Source: Anaeroplasmataceae bacterium (GTDB lineage Bacteria; Bacillota_I; Bacilli_A; Acholeplasmatales; Anaeroplasmataceae). Taken from it: DNA of 64,000 nt. The stretch is taken from positions 1,428 through 65,427 of the forward strand of contig JBGVRA010000062.1 of assembly GCA_045127955.1 (NCBI GenBank). Direction: 5' to 3'. The notes beneath the pieces are model-generated. The model saw only the letters and a list, made by a program, of their open reading frames with translations, made no database searches and had not been told where the DNA came from. Every line of letters begins with the position of its first letter. Within the stretch, counting starts at the first letter, position 1. This document shows positions 8,344 through 17,574 of the stretch, piece by piece. A program made the translations under genes and the position numbers.

Positions 8344-8974
8344 AGTTTTTTTTAAAAAAAGAAAAAAAGAAGAGTTTACTGTTGATGAACTTGAAATGAT
8401 TGAATTCATGAAAAAATTTGCTGAGGGTCAAATTACAGTATATGAATTTTGGGAAGAATATAATAAAAATAAATTATTATACGATATAATTAATAATGAT
8501 GATAAATTACCAGAAAAGAACAAACCATTTTTATATGATAATTTAAATTTAAATAAATTATATCATAGATGTGAAATATTTAGAGTTGTAAAATGTTTTT
8601 TTCTAAGAAGAAATATGGATTTATCTTTTTATAATGAAGATTCAAAAATATATTCTGAAATGCTTTCGATTGTACCTAGGTATATTGAGACTAATCAATG
8701 GTTTATTGATAATGTTTGGAATTGTTTACCAGTAGATGTTTCTGACAATAAGAAAAAGAAAGAATTAAAAATAATTATAGCCGAAAAGTATAAATATATT
8801 AATTATCCACCAAAATGGCTTCAAGGAGCAGAGTGGCCAATTATAAATAATGTACCCGCAATTTTTATTAAGCAAAACGTATTCCCTAATAATATGACAT
8901 GGGATATTGATGAAATAGAATATTATTTTAGGGATATAGAAGGAAACGATATTGTGGTAAAACAATCTACATGA
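8333..8974 (+). CDS. hypothetical protein, candidate immunity protein
   Basis: GGGAGTGG 7 nt upstream of GTG 8333. It overlaps the end of the toxin remnant by 11 nt. Confidence 0.6.
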   Translation: MWFKVFFKKRKKEEFTVDELEMIEFMKKFAEGQITVYEFWEEYNKNKLLYDIINNDDKLPEKNKPFLYDNLNLNKLYHRCEIFRVVKCFFLRRNMDLSFYNEDSKIYSEMLSIVPRYIETNQWFIDNVWNCLPVDVSDNKKKKELKIIIAEKYKYINYPPKWLQGAEWPIINNVPAIFIKQNVFPNNMTWDIDEIEYYFRDIEGNDIVVKQST

Positions 8975-9052
8975 CCATAGGTAGTTACCAACCTTATAAT
9001 TTAAGAGAACTAAGACAAATTTAATAAAAGCCTTAAAAAAAGAGGTGGTTAA

Positions 9053-9090
9053 TAGCCCTGTAGTTTAAGTAGCTATAGGGCTATTTTTAT
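9053..9090 (+). terminator. hairpin terminator
   Basis: TAGCCCTGTAG ... CTATAGGGCTA followed by a T-run. Confidence 0.5.
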
Positions 9091-9162
9091 ATCCAACTAA
9101 ATTATCACCTCCAATTTTTCTTTTTTCTAGTTTTTCTTGGAATTTTGGTAGTGTCGACTTGT

Positions 9163-9714
9163 TTGATTGTATAATACCTATTTATGATATGCCAGATGAA
9201 GAAAAGGTTTGTGAATGTGGTTCTACCATGGTAAAAATAGGTGAAATTATATCATATAAATTAAAATATGAACTAGCTAAATTAATAAAAGAAAAACATA
9301 TATCTAACATATAAATGTGAAGAATGTTATAAGGATGATATTACGAATATATTGAAAGTACCATATGATTTAGCTTTCCCTAAATCTATGGCTTCATCTA
9401 GCTTAGTAGCTAATATTATTACAAATAAATTTGTTAAATATCTACCAGTATATAGACAAGAAAAATTGTTTAGAAATGTGGGACTTGATATATCTAGAGC
9501 TAATATGAGTGTGTTGCTTATAGTATTGTTGAAACTGCATTAGCTAAAATAAACATGTTGATAACTTGAGAAAGTTATTGCCATATTCAAATGATTTGCT
9601 TGAATATTTAAAGGTTAAAAAGTAAAAAAACTGGACTTATTCCAGTTTTTGGTATTACCTACAATCGGCTCCTAGAAATAGGAGCTTTTTCTACGTTTCA
9701 TTTTTGACGCTTAC
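9163..9714 (+). mobile_element. truncated IS66-family element (transposase pseudogene plus right terminal repeat)
   Basis: Zn-finger 'CECGSTMVKIGEIISYKL', 'YKCEEC' in a shifted frame, 'VKYLPVYRQEKLFRNVGLDISRANMS', and a C-terminal 'EKLLPYSNDLLEYL' remnant. The terminus reads GTAAGCGTC on the minus strand at 9706-9714. No left end was found. Confidence 0.7.
9624..9650. terminator. bidirectional hairpin terminator
   Basis: A7-CTGGA-CTTAT-TCCAG-T5. Confidence 0.55.
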
Positions 9715-9722
9715 CTAATTTT

Positions 9723-10343
9723 TTATCTTTCGTCTATTATTTCTTTAATTTTTGATACTATTACATCAACCGCAACATCATGTTTATTATCATTTGGAAT
9801 GATGATGTCAGCATATCTTTTTGTTGGCTTAATAAAAGAGTGATACATTGGTTTAACTGTTGTTAAATATTGATCTATTACATTTTCTAGTGAACGACCT
9901 CTTTCATTTATATCTCTTAATAATCTTCTAATAAATCTAATATCATCATCTGATTCAACAAATAATTTAATATCAGCTAAATCTCTAATTCTTTCATCTT
10001 CTAAGATTAGGATTCCTTCTAGGATAATAACTTTAGTTGGTTTTATATGTCTTGTGATTTGGCTCCTAGTGTGAATTTTAAAATCATATGTTGGACAATC
10101 TATTTCTTGATTATTTAGTAATAAATTTAAGTGTTCATATAGTAAATCATTATCTAATGCGTTGGGATGATCATAGTTTACTTTTACTCTATCTTCTAAT
10201 GAAACATTAGCTTGATCTTTATAGTAATCATCGTGACGAATTACTGTAACATAGATAGAATTTAATTTGTTTTGAATTTTATCTACTACTGTAGATTTAC
10301 CTGAAGCAGAACCTCCAGCTATAAGTATTAATACTGGTTTCAT
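9723..10343 (-). CDS. udk: uridine kinase
   Basis: P-loop 'IAGGSASGKST', 'IRHDDYYKD', 'NYDHPNALD'. Confidence 0.9.
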   Translation of the reverse strand: MKPVLILIAGGSASGKSTVVDKIQNKLNSIYVTVIRHDDYYKDQANVSLEDRVKVNYDHPNALDNDLLYEHLNLLLNNQEIDCPTYDFKIHTRSQITRHIKPTKVIILEGILILEDERIRDLADIKLFVESDDDIRFIRRLLRDINERGRSLENVIDQYLTTVKPMYHSFIKPTKRYADIIIPNDNKHDVAVDVIVSKIKEIIDER

Positions 10344-10351
10344 ATAAACTC

Positions 10352-10972
10352 CTATTCTAACTCATCTAGATTTTTCATTGGTTCTATTGTTGAAATATTA
10401 TCATTATAATTTAGTGTTTCATGAATTTGTTTAGCAATGCCACCTAAAATGTGAATGGTAATAAAGCCTTCAGCTACTTCGATAGTTATTTTATCGTTTT
10501 GCATTTTTTTGTGCATACTTGTAGCAGCGATAGCTCCAAAAGCAGCTCCACCTAAAAATGTTAAAGCTGAAGTAGATTCTTTAATTTTTGTGTCTGTTAC
10601 GTCGATATCTTCAATATCTTGTTTTGATATTTTTAATGTATTATTTTTTGGTAAATATTTTGCAAATATTTCTTCTATTGTTATATTTTCATATTCTTTT
10701 TTAGGGATTAGTTCAAATGCTATATTCTCAAAATACATATTTTGATCTAGATAATAAATATAGGCATTTTTTACTGACAATAATTTTATTGATGCTGCAA
10801 CTAAACCAAGAGTAAGTAATCCTGTAATTATTGTTAATGCTATTGATTCAGCATCTTTTAAATCTAGATATATTATAGAAATAACAAATAGTGGTGAAAA
10901 TAATATACCTAGAACTAATAATGCAATTCCTGGTGCTTTAGATGTTTGGCATAATACTGTTTTTTCGTTCAT
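10352..10972 (-). CDS. membrane protein, hypothetical
   Basis: Two N-terminal TM helices. Lies in an operon with udk and patB. Confidence 0.6.
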   Translation of the reverse strand: MNEKTVLCQTSKAPGIALLVLGILFSPLFVISIIYLDLKDAESIALTIITGLLTLGLVAASIKLLSVKNAYIYYLDQNMYFENIAFELIPKKEYENITIEEIFAKYLPKNNTLKISKQDIEDIDVTDTKIKESTSALTFLGGAAFGAIAATSMHKKMQNDKITIEVAEGFITIHILGGIAKQIHETLNYNDNISTIEPMKNLDELE

Positions 10973-12122
10973 ATAATTTTATTCCTTCTTTTAATCTATT
11001 TAATCCATCTTTTAATCTTTCTTTTGGGCAAGCTATATTCATTCTTATAAATGTTTTTCCTGTTGTTCCGTACTGAGTTCCATTTGATAAAAATAATCCT
11101 GTTTTTTCTTTGATGAAAGAAGTAAGGTCTTTAGAATCATTTGTTACTTTACTACAATCTAACCACAAAAGATATGTAGCTTCGCTTGGAACAAGGTGAA
11201 TTTGATTAAGGTTTTCTTTTAAGAAATCTTTTACGATTTGTTTGTTTTCATAAATATATTGTTTTAATTCATCTAACCATGGTTTTCCTTTTGAAAACGC
11301 AGCTGTTGCAGCTATTGTGGCAAAACAATTTGGTTCAGCAACTTCATCAGTGTTTATTCCTCTATTAACTTTATGTCTTAGGACTTCATTTGGGACAAAT
11401 ATGGCTGCAGATTGTAAACCTGCAAGATTAAATGTTTTTGTTGGAGCAATACATGTTATTGAATTATTTTTACATTCTTCATTAACACTTGCAAAAGGGA
11501 CATATTCTTTATCTGGATCTGTTAAATCACAGTGGATTTCATCTGATAAGACCACTACATTATGTTTTTTACATAGATGGCCAATTTTAGCTAAAGTATT
11601 TCTATCCCATATTTTTCCGATTGGATTATGAGGATTACATAAAATCATTAATGTTGTTTGAGGATTAGCTAATTTTTGTTCTAAATCTACAAAATCAATA
11701 TGATAATGACCATCTTTATAAATCAATGGACTTTCTAAAATGTTTCTACCATTATTGTAAATTGAATTAAAGAAGATATTATATACTGGTGTTTGTAAAA
11801 CTACATTTTCAGCTATGTTTGTGATTTTTCTTACGATAGATGAAATAGCTGGAACTACACCTGTACAAAACATCAACCATTCTTTTTCAATTTTGAAGTG
11901 ATGGTTTTCTTCCCACCAATTAGAAATAGAAGTATACCAATCATCATCAATTTCTGTATAACCAAATATTTTATGTTTTACTCTTTTTTCTAATTCAGAA
12001 ACTATTTCATTTGAGGTTTCAAAATCCATATCTGCAACCCACATAGGTAATTCATTTTCTTTTACATTCCATTTGATAGAAGAAGTATTAAATCTGTTTG
12101 TTGGTTTATCGAAATTATACAT
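10938..12122 (-). CDS. patB: MalY/PatB-type cystathionine beta-lyase (class I/II aminotransferase fold)
   Basis: 'NRFNTSSIKWN...LPMWVADMDFETSNEI' and 'LCNPHNPIGKIW' are typical of PatB/MalY C-S lyases. Confidence 0.8.
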   Translation of the reverse strand: MYNFDKPTNRFNTSSIKWNVKENELPMWVADMDFETSNEIVSELEKRVKHKIFGYTEIDDDWYTSISNWWEENHHFKIEKEWLMFCTGVVPAISSIVRKITNIAENVVLQTPVYNIFFNSIYNNGRNILESPLIYKDGHYHIDFVDLEQKLANPQTTLMILCNPHNPIGKIWDRNTLAKIGHLCKKHNVVVLSDEIHCDLTDPDKEYVPFASVNEECKNNSITCIAPTKTFNLAGLQSAAIFVPNEVLRHKVNRGINTDEVAEPNCFATIAATAAFSKGKPWLDELKQYIYENKQIVKDFLKENLNQIHLVPSEATYLLWLDCSKVTNDSKDLTSFIKEKTGLFLSNGTQYGTTGKTFIRMNIACPKERLKDGLNRLKEGIKLYERKNSIMPNI

Positions 12123-12963
12123 TCTTTTCCACCTCGATTATTGTTGTTTTAGTTGGATCTATTTTATCATCTTCTAAGATTAATTTTCCTATTTTATCAG
12201 CTGTTATCATACCTTTGGTTGGATTTAAAATACTATCAATTGAGCCTGTAATTTGCGCATTAACGCTTGAATATTCGAAGGCTAGGGTTGTGTTGATAGT
12301 TTTACAATTTATTAATACTAAATTATCTATATAACACATTCCTTGAAGTGATTCTAAAGTACAATTTATAAATGTTATGTTTTTAGAGTTCCAACCAAGG
12401 TATTCTCCTGATATATAAGAATTATATACAGTTACATTTTCTGCGTTCCAGAATGCATCTTTACTTAATAGTTTTGAATTTCTTATTTCTATGTTTTTAG
12501 CACCATCGAATGAATAATTACCAAATAATGTTAAGTTTTCTATTATTATATTTTTACTATTAAAACAGAAATAATCTCCTTTAGCTGTAACATTTGTTAA
12601 ATCTATTTTGTCACAATTCCAAAATGTTTCTAAAGCATTTGGTAAAGGTGTGTTAATTAACTTGATATTAGTTGATCTTCTAAATGTTTTTGGGGCCTCA
12701 ATTAGGGAGTTTTCAATTGTTATGTTATTAGTATACCAAATCCCTGATCTTGCAGTATCGGTTAGTACTGAGTTTGTTACTTTAATATTATTGCTGTACC
12801 AAAGAGGATATTTCCATTTGAATGAACAATTATCTATTATTATGTTACTACTTTCTTTTAATGGTGATTCTCCATCAGAAAAAGTAGAATAATATATTTC
12901 TGTATTTTCTTGTTTAAATAAGGCTCTTTCACCTGTTAAATGTTTTTCATATATTTTTTCCAT
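12115..12963 (-). CDS. parallel beta-helix repeat protein (DUF3737-like)
   Basis: Repeated 'N..I.N' rungs and 'LTGERALFKQ' at the N-terminus. The family name is from memory. Confidence 0.6.
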   Translation of the reverse strand: MEKIYEKHLTGERALFKQENTEIYYSTFSDGESPLKESSNIIIDNCSFKWKYPLWYSNNIKVTNSVLTDTARSGIWYTNNITIENSLIEAPKTFRRSTNIKLINTPLPNALETFWNCDKIDLTNVTAKGDYFCFNSKNIIIENLTLFGNYSFDGAKNIEIRNSKLLSKDAFWNAENVTVYNSYISGEYLGWNSKNITFINCTLESLQGMCYIDNLVLINCKTINTTLAFEYSSVNAQITGSIDSILNPTKGMITADKIGKLILEDDKIDPTKTTIIEVEKNV

Positions 12964-12964
12964 A

Positions 12965-13405
12965 TTAACCTCTTATATTTTTTATTTGTTCAATTATTTT
13001 AGATATTATATTATCTTGATAATAATCTAATGGATAATTTGGATATACTGTAAACATTCTTATTAGATATGTTCCAAGTAATAATGTTAAAATTATTGAC
13101 CAAAATATTTTAGATTTATATAGTTTTCCTTCTAGTTTTTTTTCTTTAAATACTATTACCCAACATACAATAGGGAATAAAAAGATACAGGGATTAAAGA
13201 AGATTGCGCTTTTAAAGTCTAATCTTAATACTGAAAATCCAGCTCTTGTCATACCGCAAGCAGGGCAAGGTAGTCCAAAGATTACTTTTGTTATACAATT
13301 AGGGATTTTGAATAGATATGTAATTGATATATAAGAAGAAAATAGAAGAATAATTATGTAATTTTTTTTGATAAATTTAATTAATAGTTTTAGATATTCT
13401 TTCAT
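12965..13405 (-). CDS. DUF2752-like membrane protein
   Basis: 'CPACGMTRA' motif after the first TM helix. Confidence 0.65.
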   Translation of the reverse strand: MKEYLKLLIKFIKKNYIIILLFSSYISITYLFKIPNCITKVIFGLPCPACGMTRAGFSVLRLDFKSAIFFNPCIFLFPIVCWVIVFKEKKLEGKLYKSKIFWSIILTLLLGTYLIRMFTVYPNYPLDYYQDNIISKIIEQIKNIRG

Positions 13406-13460
13406 GATTAATAATAAATAAGGAAAGCCAAGAGGTTTTCCTTATATTCCTTAGTAATTT

Positions 13461-13778
13461 TTACATTTCATTTATTGAATTTTGAGCAATAGCTACACCG
13501 ATTAATGGAGAAACTAACAATGATAACAAGAAGCATAATAATAAGTTATCTTTAGCAGTTATATAGTCTAATTTTTGATAGAATTTATACTCCCAGTAAA
13601 TAAGATAAATACCACATGTTACAAATCCTAATAGTATTGCTAGAAGATAGTTCATTAATGGCTCTCTTGGATCTTCTAAATTCATTTCTTCAGCTGTTAC
13701 ATACATCCAATATATTTGGTAAATACCACATGTGAAAATCGATAATAAAATTACTACTACAATTTCTCTTTTTGTCAT
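13461..13778 (-). CDS. DUF4234-like membrane protein
   Basis: Duplicated 'TCGIYQIYWMY' / 'TCGIYLIYWEY' motifs. Confidence 0.65.
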   Translation of the reverse strand: MTKREIVVVILLSIFTCGIYQIYWMYVTAEEMNLEDPREPLMNYLLAILLGFVTCGIYLIYWEYKFYQKLDYITAKDNLLLCFLLSLLVSPLIGVAIAQNSINEM

Positions 13779-13823
13779 AATGCATTCCCCCTTAATAATA
13801 TTTTACAACAATAAGTATAAAAA

Positions 13824-14420
13824 TCAACATATTTCGATTGTGTATTTGTTATATTTTATGATTCCTTTGTTTTTAAGATTTATTAATTCTCTTGATAAAG
13901 ATGGTCTTGGGATATTTAATAATTTGGCTAATGTTTCTTTATTTTGGATAGGTATTTTGTTGGTGTTTAATTGTTTTTGTTTAGTTTTTAAGTAAAACAT
14001 TATTCTATCTTCAATTGATTTTTGGCTATATAGTTTTAGTTTTTGTCTTAATTTTGTGTTTTTATCTGAAATTAGGATTAGATAGTTTTCTAAGATTGTT
14101 TTATTTTCAAATAATTTAAAAAGATTATTTTTATTTATTAGTATTATTTTAGTATCGTTTGTAACGATGAAATCTCCTAGGTATTCATTTTTTTTAGCAA
14201 ATAGTAGGTTTTCACCGAAGATATCATTTTTGTGGAGTGTAGATATTATATATTCTTTATCATTTGTTAATGTAGAAATTATGATTTCTCCAGATATAAC
14301 TAAGCCTATTTCTTTACAAATATCTCCTTCATTAAATATAATACTTCCTTTTTTATATTCTTTTATTTTAAATAAATGGTTATATTTTTCATAATTTATT
14401 TTATTAAAAAATGGATGCAT
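13824..14420 (-). CDS. Crp/Fnr-family transcriptional regulator
   Basis: cNMP-binding-like N-domain ('GSIIFNEGD...GLVISGEI') and a C-terminal HTH ('ETLAKLLNIPRPSLSRELINLK'). Confidence 0.8.
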   Translation of the reverse strand: MHPFFNKINYEKYNHLFKIKEYKKGSIIFNEGDICKEIGLVISGEIIISTLTNDKEYIISTLHKNDIFGENLLFAKKNEYLGDFIVTNDTKIILINKNNLFKLFENKTILENYLILISDKNTKLRQKLKLYSQKSIEDRIMFYLKTKQKQLNTNKIPIQNKETLAKLLNIPRPSLSRELINLKNKGIIKYNKYTIEIC

Positions 14421-14447
14421 ACGTTTTCACCTTTTTTTATTATTTTT

Positions 14448-14463
14448 CGTAACATTTGTTACG
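14448..14463. promoter_or_regulatory. CGTAAC-N4-GTTACG palindrome, candidate Crp/Fnr-type operator
   Basis: Perfect 6-4-6 inverted repeat centred about 41.5 nt upstream of the TSS predicted from TATAAT at 14485-14490. It lies between the divergent regulator and ABC genes. Confidence 0.4.
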
Positions 14464-14523
14464 ATATTTATATTATAAATCATTTATAATATATTCGCAA
14501 GTAAGAAAAGAGGTTGATTATTT

Positions 14524-15435
14524 ATGAAAAAAATATTAAGTTTTATATTATTAAGTGTTTTAGGATTATCATTATTTTCTTGTAATAATGATATTAAATT
14601 AGAAAATGAAATTAGTGTTATTGCTCCTATGGGGACTCCATATTTAGCATTAGGGGGATTATTAGAAGAAGAAAATGTTAAAATTGATGGTGTTCAAGGT
14701 GCTGATCCTTTAAAGGCAGCTTTAGTAGCTGGTGAATATGATGTTGTTGTAGCTCCTATTAATTTAGCTGCTCAATTATTTAATAAGGGAAATTCAAAAT
14801 ATGTTATTGATGCATATATTACTATGAATAATGCTTATATTGTTACTGATAGTTCTAATAAATTAGATTCTATTAGTGATTTAGAAGGACAAAATGTTGT
14901 TGGTTTTGGTCAAACTGGTATTCCTGGTAGTGTTTTAAAGAAGGTTTATGCTGATAATAATTTAGATGCTAGTTTGATTGATTTTTCTTTAGCTAGTAGT
15001 AGTGCTGTATATGCTGCATATGCTGGTGGATCTATTGATGCTAAATATGTGTTAATGAGTGAACCTGAAATTTCTAAATTAGTTATTAATAACAAAAAGA
15101 ATATTAAGACTTTAGATTTAACTAGTATTTTAGGTGTTGATGTTCCTCAAGCATGTATTTTAGTCAATCCTAATAGTGAAAAACAAGATGATATTAATAA
15201 TTTCTTAAAGTTAGTTGATAAGAATATTAAATCATTAAATGAAAATCCAGAAAAATATGCTGATTTAATTATTCCATTAGATAGAAGTTTTGAAGCTATG
15301 ACTAAGGATGTTATTGTTAGAAGTATTCCTTTAACTAATATTGTTTATAAGAAAGCTACTTCTAATAAGAGCGCAATTGAAAATATTTTAAGTATTTTAG
15401 GAGTTGGGTTACCTAGTGAAGAATTCTATCGCTAA
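14524..15435 (+). CDS. ABC transporter substrate-binding lipoprotein (NMT1/SsuA-like)
   Basis: Lipobox 'LSLFSC'. Followed by a permease gene. Confidence 0.7.
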   Translation: MKKILSFILLSVLGLSLFSCNNDIKLENEISVIAPMGTPYLALGGLLEEENVKIDGVQGADPLKAALVAGEYDVVVAPINLAAQLFNKGNSKYVIDAYITMNNAYIVTDSSNKLDSISDLEGQNVVGFGQTGIPGSVLKKVYADNNLDASLIDFSLASSSAVYAAYAGGSIDAKYVLMSEPEISKLVINNKKNIKTLDLTSILGVDVPQACILVNPNSEKQDDINNFLKLVDKNIKSLNENPEKYADLIIPLDRSFEAMTKDVIVRSIPLTNIVYKKATSNKSAIENILSILGVGLPSEEFYR

Positions 15436-16168
15436 AAAAACTAGTTTTGTTTTAGGGATATTATTTATATTTATTGTTTGGATAATAGGAGAAGCTATTG
15501 TTAATAATTCTTATATTATTCCTTCTGTTGGTGATACTTTTAAAGCTTTAATTGATTTATTTTCTAAAGCTCATACATATAAGGTTTTAGGACATACTTT
15601 ATTAAGATTATTAATTAGTATTGTTTCTTGTTTTGTTTTAGGTGTTGTTTTAGCGCTTTTGGCGTATAAGTTTAGAAATTTTAAGTGGTTTGTTAAACCT
15701 AGTGTTTCTCTTTTTAAAACTTTACCTATTGCGGTGGTTATTTTATTGTTATGGGTTTTATTAAAAAAAGATTTAGCTCCATATTATATTGTTGGTGTTG
15801 TTGTTTTACCTGTTGTGTATGAGGCTGTATTAATTGGTTTAGAAAATATTAGTTCTGATATATTAGATGAAGTTAAACTTAGTTGTGGGGTTACTCCTAA
15901 GGTTATATTTAAAGTTCTTTTACCTTTAGTTTTCCCTGCTATTTTAACAGCTTTGGTCCAATCTATTGGTTTAGGACTTAAGGTTTTAGTGATGGCTGAA
16001 TATATTATGAACACTGAATATTCTATAGGTAATGAATTTATTTATTATAAGGATTTAGCAATGGATATGGAATATTTATATGCTTGGAGTATCATATTAA
16101 TAATATTTGTATTATCTTCTGAAATTTTAATTTCATTTTTCTCTAAGAAGAAGGACCTTGTATTATAG
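15404..16168 (+). CDS. ABC transporter permease (SsuC/TauC-like)
   Basis: Six TM helices and an EAA-like loop. The start may instead be GTG 15416. Confidence 0.75.
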   Translation: MGYLVKNSIAKKTSFVLGILFIFIVWIIGEAIVNNSYIIPSVGDTFKALIDLFSKAHTYKVLGHTLLRLLISIVSCFVLGVVLALLAYKFRNFKWFVKPSVSLFKTLPIAVVILLLWVLLKKDLAPYYIVGVVVLPVVYEAVLIGLENISSDILDEVKLSCGVTPKVIFKVLLPLVFPAILTALVQSIGLGLKVLVMAEYIMNTEYSIGNEFIYYKDLAMDMEYLYAWSIILIIFVLSSEILISFFSKKKDLVL

Positions 16169-16191
16169 GTTCTTTTTCTTTTTTAAAAAAC

Positions 16192-16216
16192 AAAAAAAGC
16201 AGCGTTTAGCTGCTTG
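16192..16216 (-). terminator. terminator of the tRNA operon
   Basis: AGCAGC-GTTTA-GCTGCT hairpin followed by T7 on the minus strand. Confidence 0.6.
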
Positions 16217-16227
16217 TTATTATCTTA

Positions 16228-16304
16228 TGGCGCATCCAAGAGGACTCGAACCCCTAACCTTTTGATCCGTAGTCAAACGATCTATCCAATTGATCTATGG
16301 ATGC
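16228..16304 (-). tRNA. tRNA-Arg (anticodon ACG)
   Basis: Hand-folded cloverleaf: acceptor GCATCCA/TGGATGC, anticodon loop CTACGGA, T-loop GGTTCGAGTCC, encoded CCA. Confidence 0.85.
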
Positions 16305-16309
16305 GTGAA

Positions 16310-16385
16310 TGGCGGTTCGGACGGGACTTGAACCCGCGATCTCCAGTGTGACAGACTAGCATGTTAACCACTACACCACCGAACC
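16310..16385 (-). tRNA. tRNA-Asp (anticodon GTC)
   Basis: Acceptor GGTTCGG/CCGAACC, anticodon loop CTGTCAC, T-loop GGTTCAAGTCC, encoded CCA. Confidence 0.85.
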
Positions 16386-16402
16386 ATATTCAATGCTTGT
16401 TT

Positions 16403-16431
16403 ATTATACCAAACTCTTTAACAAAATACAA
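16403..16431 (-). promoter_or_regulatory. promoter of the tRNA-Asp/Arg operon
   Basis: On the minus strand: TTGTAT, 17-nt spacer, TGG-TATAAT. Confidence 0.55.
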
Positions 16432-16533
16432 GCATTTTTATTTTTTTATTTAAAATAATTTTCTAAATGTTAATTTTCTTGTGGTAAGAAAAGAATTGGA
16501 GTATAATAAATCTATGTGAATGGAGTGATATTT

Positions 16534-17562
16534 GTGAATTTAGATTTTGTTAAAGAAATTGCGTTAGAGTTATTTAATACTGATTCTCCTACTGGATATA
16601 TTAATTTAGTAGATGAGTTTTTAATTAAAACTTTAAGTAATATTGGCTATGAAGCTAGTATTACTAATAAGGGTAATGTTAAAGTGTTTATTAAAGGAAG
16701 ATGTAGTGATAAGGTTGTTGCTACAAGTGCGCATGTTGATACATTAGGATTAATGGTAAGATCTATTAATGGAGATGGCACTTTAAGTGTTACTAATGTT
16801 GGTGGTCCATCTATTCCAACTTTAGATGGTGAGTATTGTAAGGTTGTTACTAGAGATGGTAAGTTATATAGTGGAACTATTTTATGTAAGAGTGCATCTG
16901 TACATGTCTATGAGGATGCAAAAAGTAGAAGTCGTGATTTAGATTCTATGATGATTAGAATTGATGAACGTGTTAATAGTAGAGTAGATGTTGAAAAATT
17001 AGGTATTCAAAATGGTGATTATATTTTTATTGATCCTAAAACAGTTATTACTGATAGTGGTTTTTTAAAGAGTAGATTTATTGATGATAAGGGTAGTGTA
17101 TGTGCTATTTTGGGTGTTTTAAAAGAATTAAAAGATACTAATACTTTACCTATGTATGACACTTATGTGTATTTTGTTAATCAAGAAGAAGTAGGTCATG
17201 GGGCTGCTACTGTTGATACTAAAATTGATGAATTTGTTACTGTTGATATGGGATGTATTGGTAAGGATCTAGCAGGTAATGAATATGCCGTTTCTATTTG
17301 TGCTAAGGATTCAGGGGGACCATATAGTTATGATTTAACTACTAAGTTAATTAATTTAGCTAAGGATAATAATGTTAATTATGTTGTTGATATTTTCCCT
17401 TATTATGGTTCTGATATTGGTGCTGCTTGGAGAAGTGGTGTTGATTGTGCTGGGGCTTTAATTGGGCCTGGTGTTCACGCTAGTCATGGTATGGAGCGTA
17501 CTCATTTAGACGCTATAGATAATACTATGAAGTTGTTATTTGCTTATTTAACAGTTGAGTAA
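16534..17562 (+). CDS. M42-family aminopeptidase (PepA/FrvX-like)
   Basis: 'ATSAHVDTLGLMV', 'DDKGSVCAIL', 'NQEEVGHGAA'. GGAG lies 8 nt upstream of GTG 16534; the track start is 16516. Confidence 0.8.
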   Translation: MNLDFVKEIALELFNTDSPTGYINLVDEFLIKTLSNIGYEASITNKGNVKVFIKGRCSDKVVATSAHVDTLGLMVRSINGDGTLSVTNVGGPSIPTLDGEYCKVVTRDGKLYSGTILCKSASVHVYEDAKSRSRDLDSMMIRIDERVNSRVDVEKLGIQNGDYIFIDPKTVITDSGFLKSRFIDDKGSVCAILGVLKELKDTNTLPMYDTYVYFVNQEEVGHGAATVDTKIDEFVTVDMGCIGKDLAGNEYAVSICAKDSGGPYSYDLTTKLINLAKDNNVNYVVDIFPYYGSDIGAAWRSGVDCAGALIGPGVHASHGMERTHLDAIDNTMKLLFAYLTVE

Positions 17563-17574
17563 GAGGTGGTTATT

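Noticed and set aside
9352-9543. The 63-aa ORF as an independent gene.
   Set aside because: It is an internal fragment of an IS66 transposase ('YLPVYRQEKLF...'), flanked by other frame-shifted pieces of the same gene.
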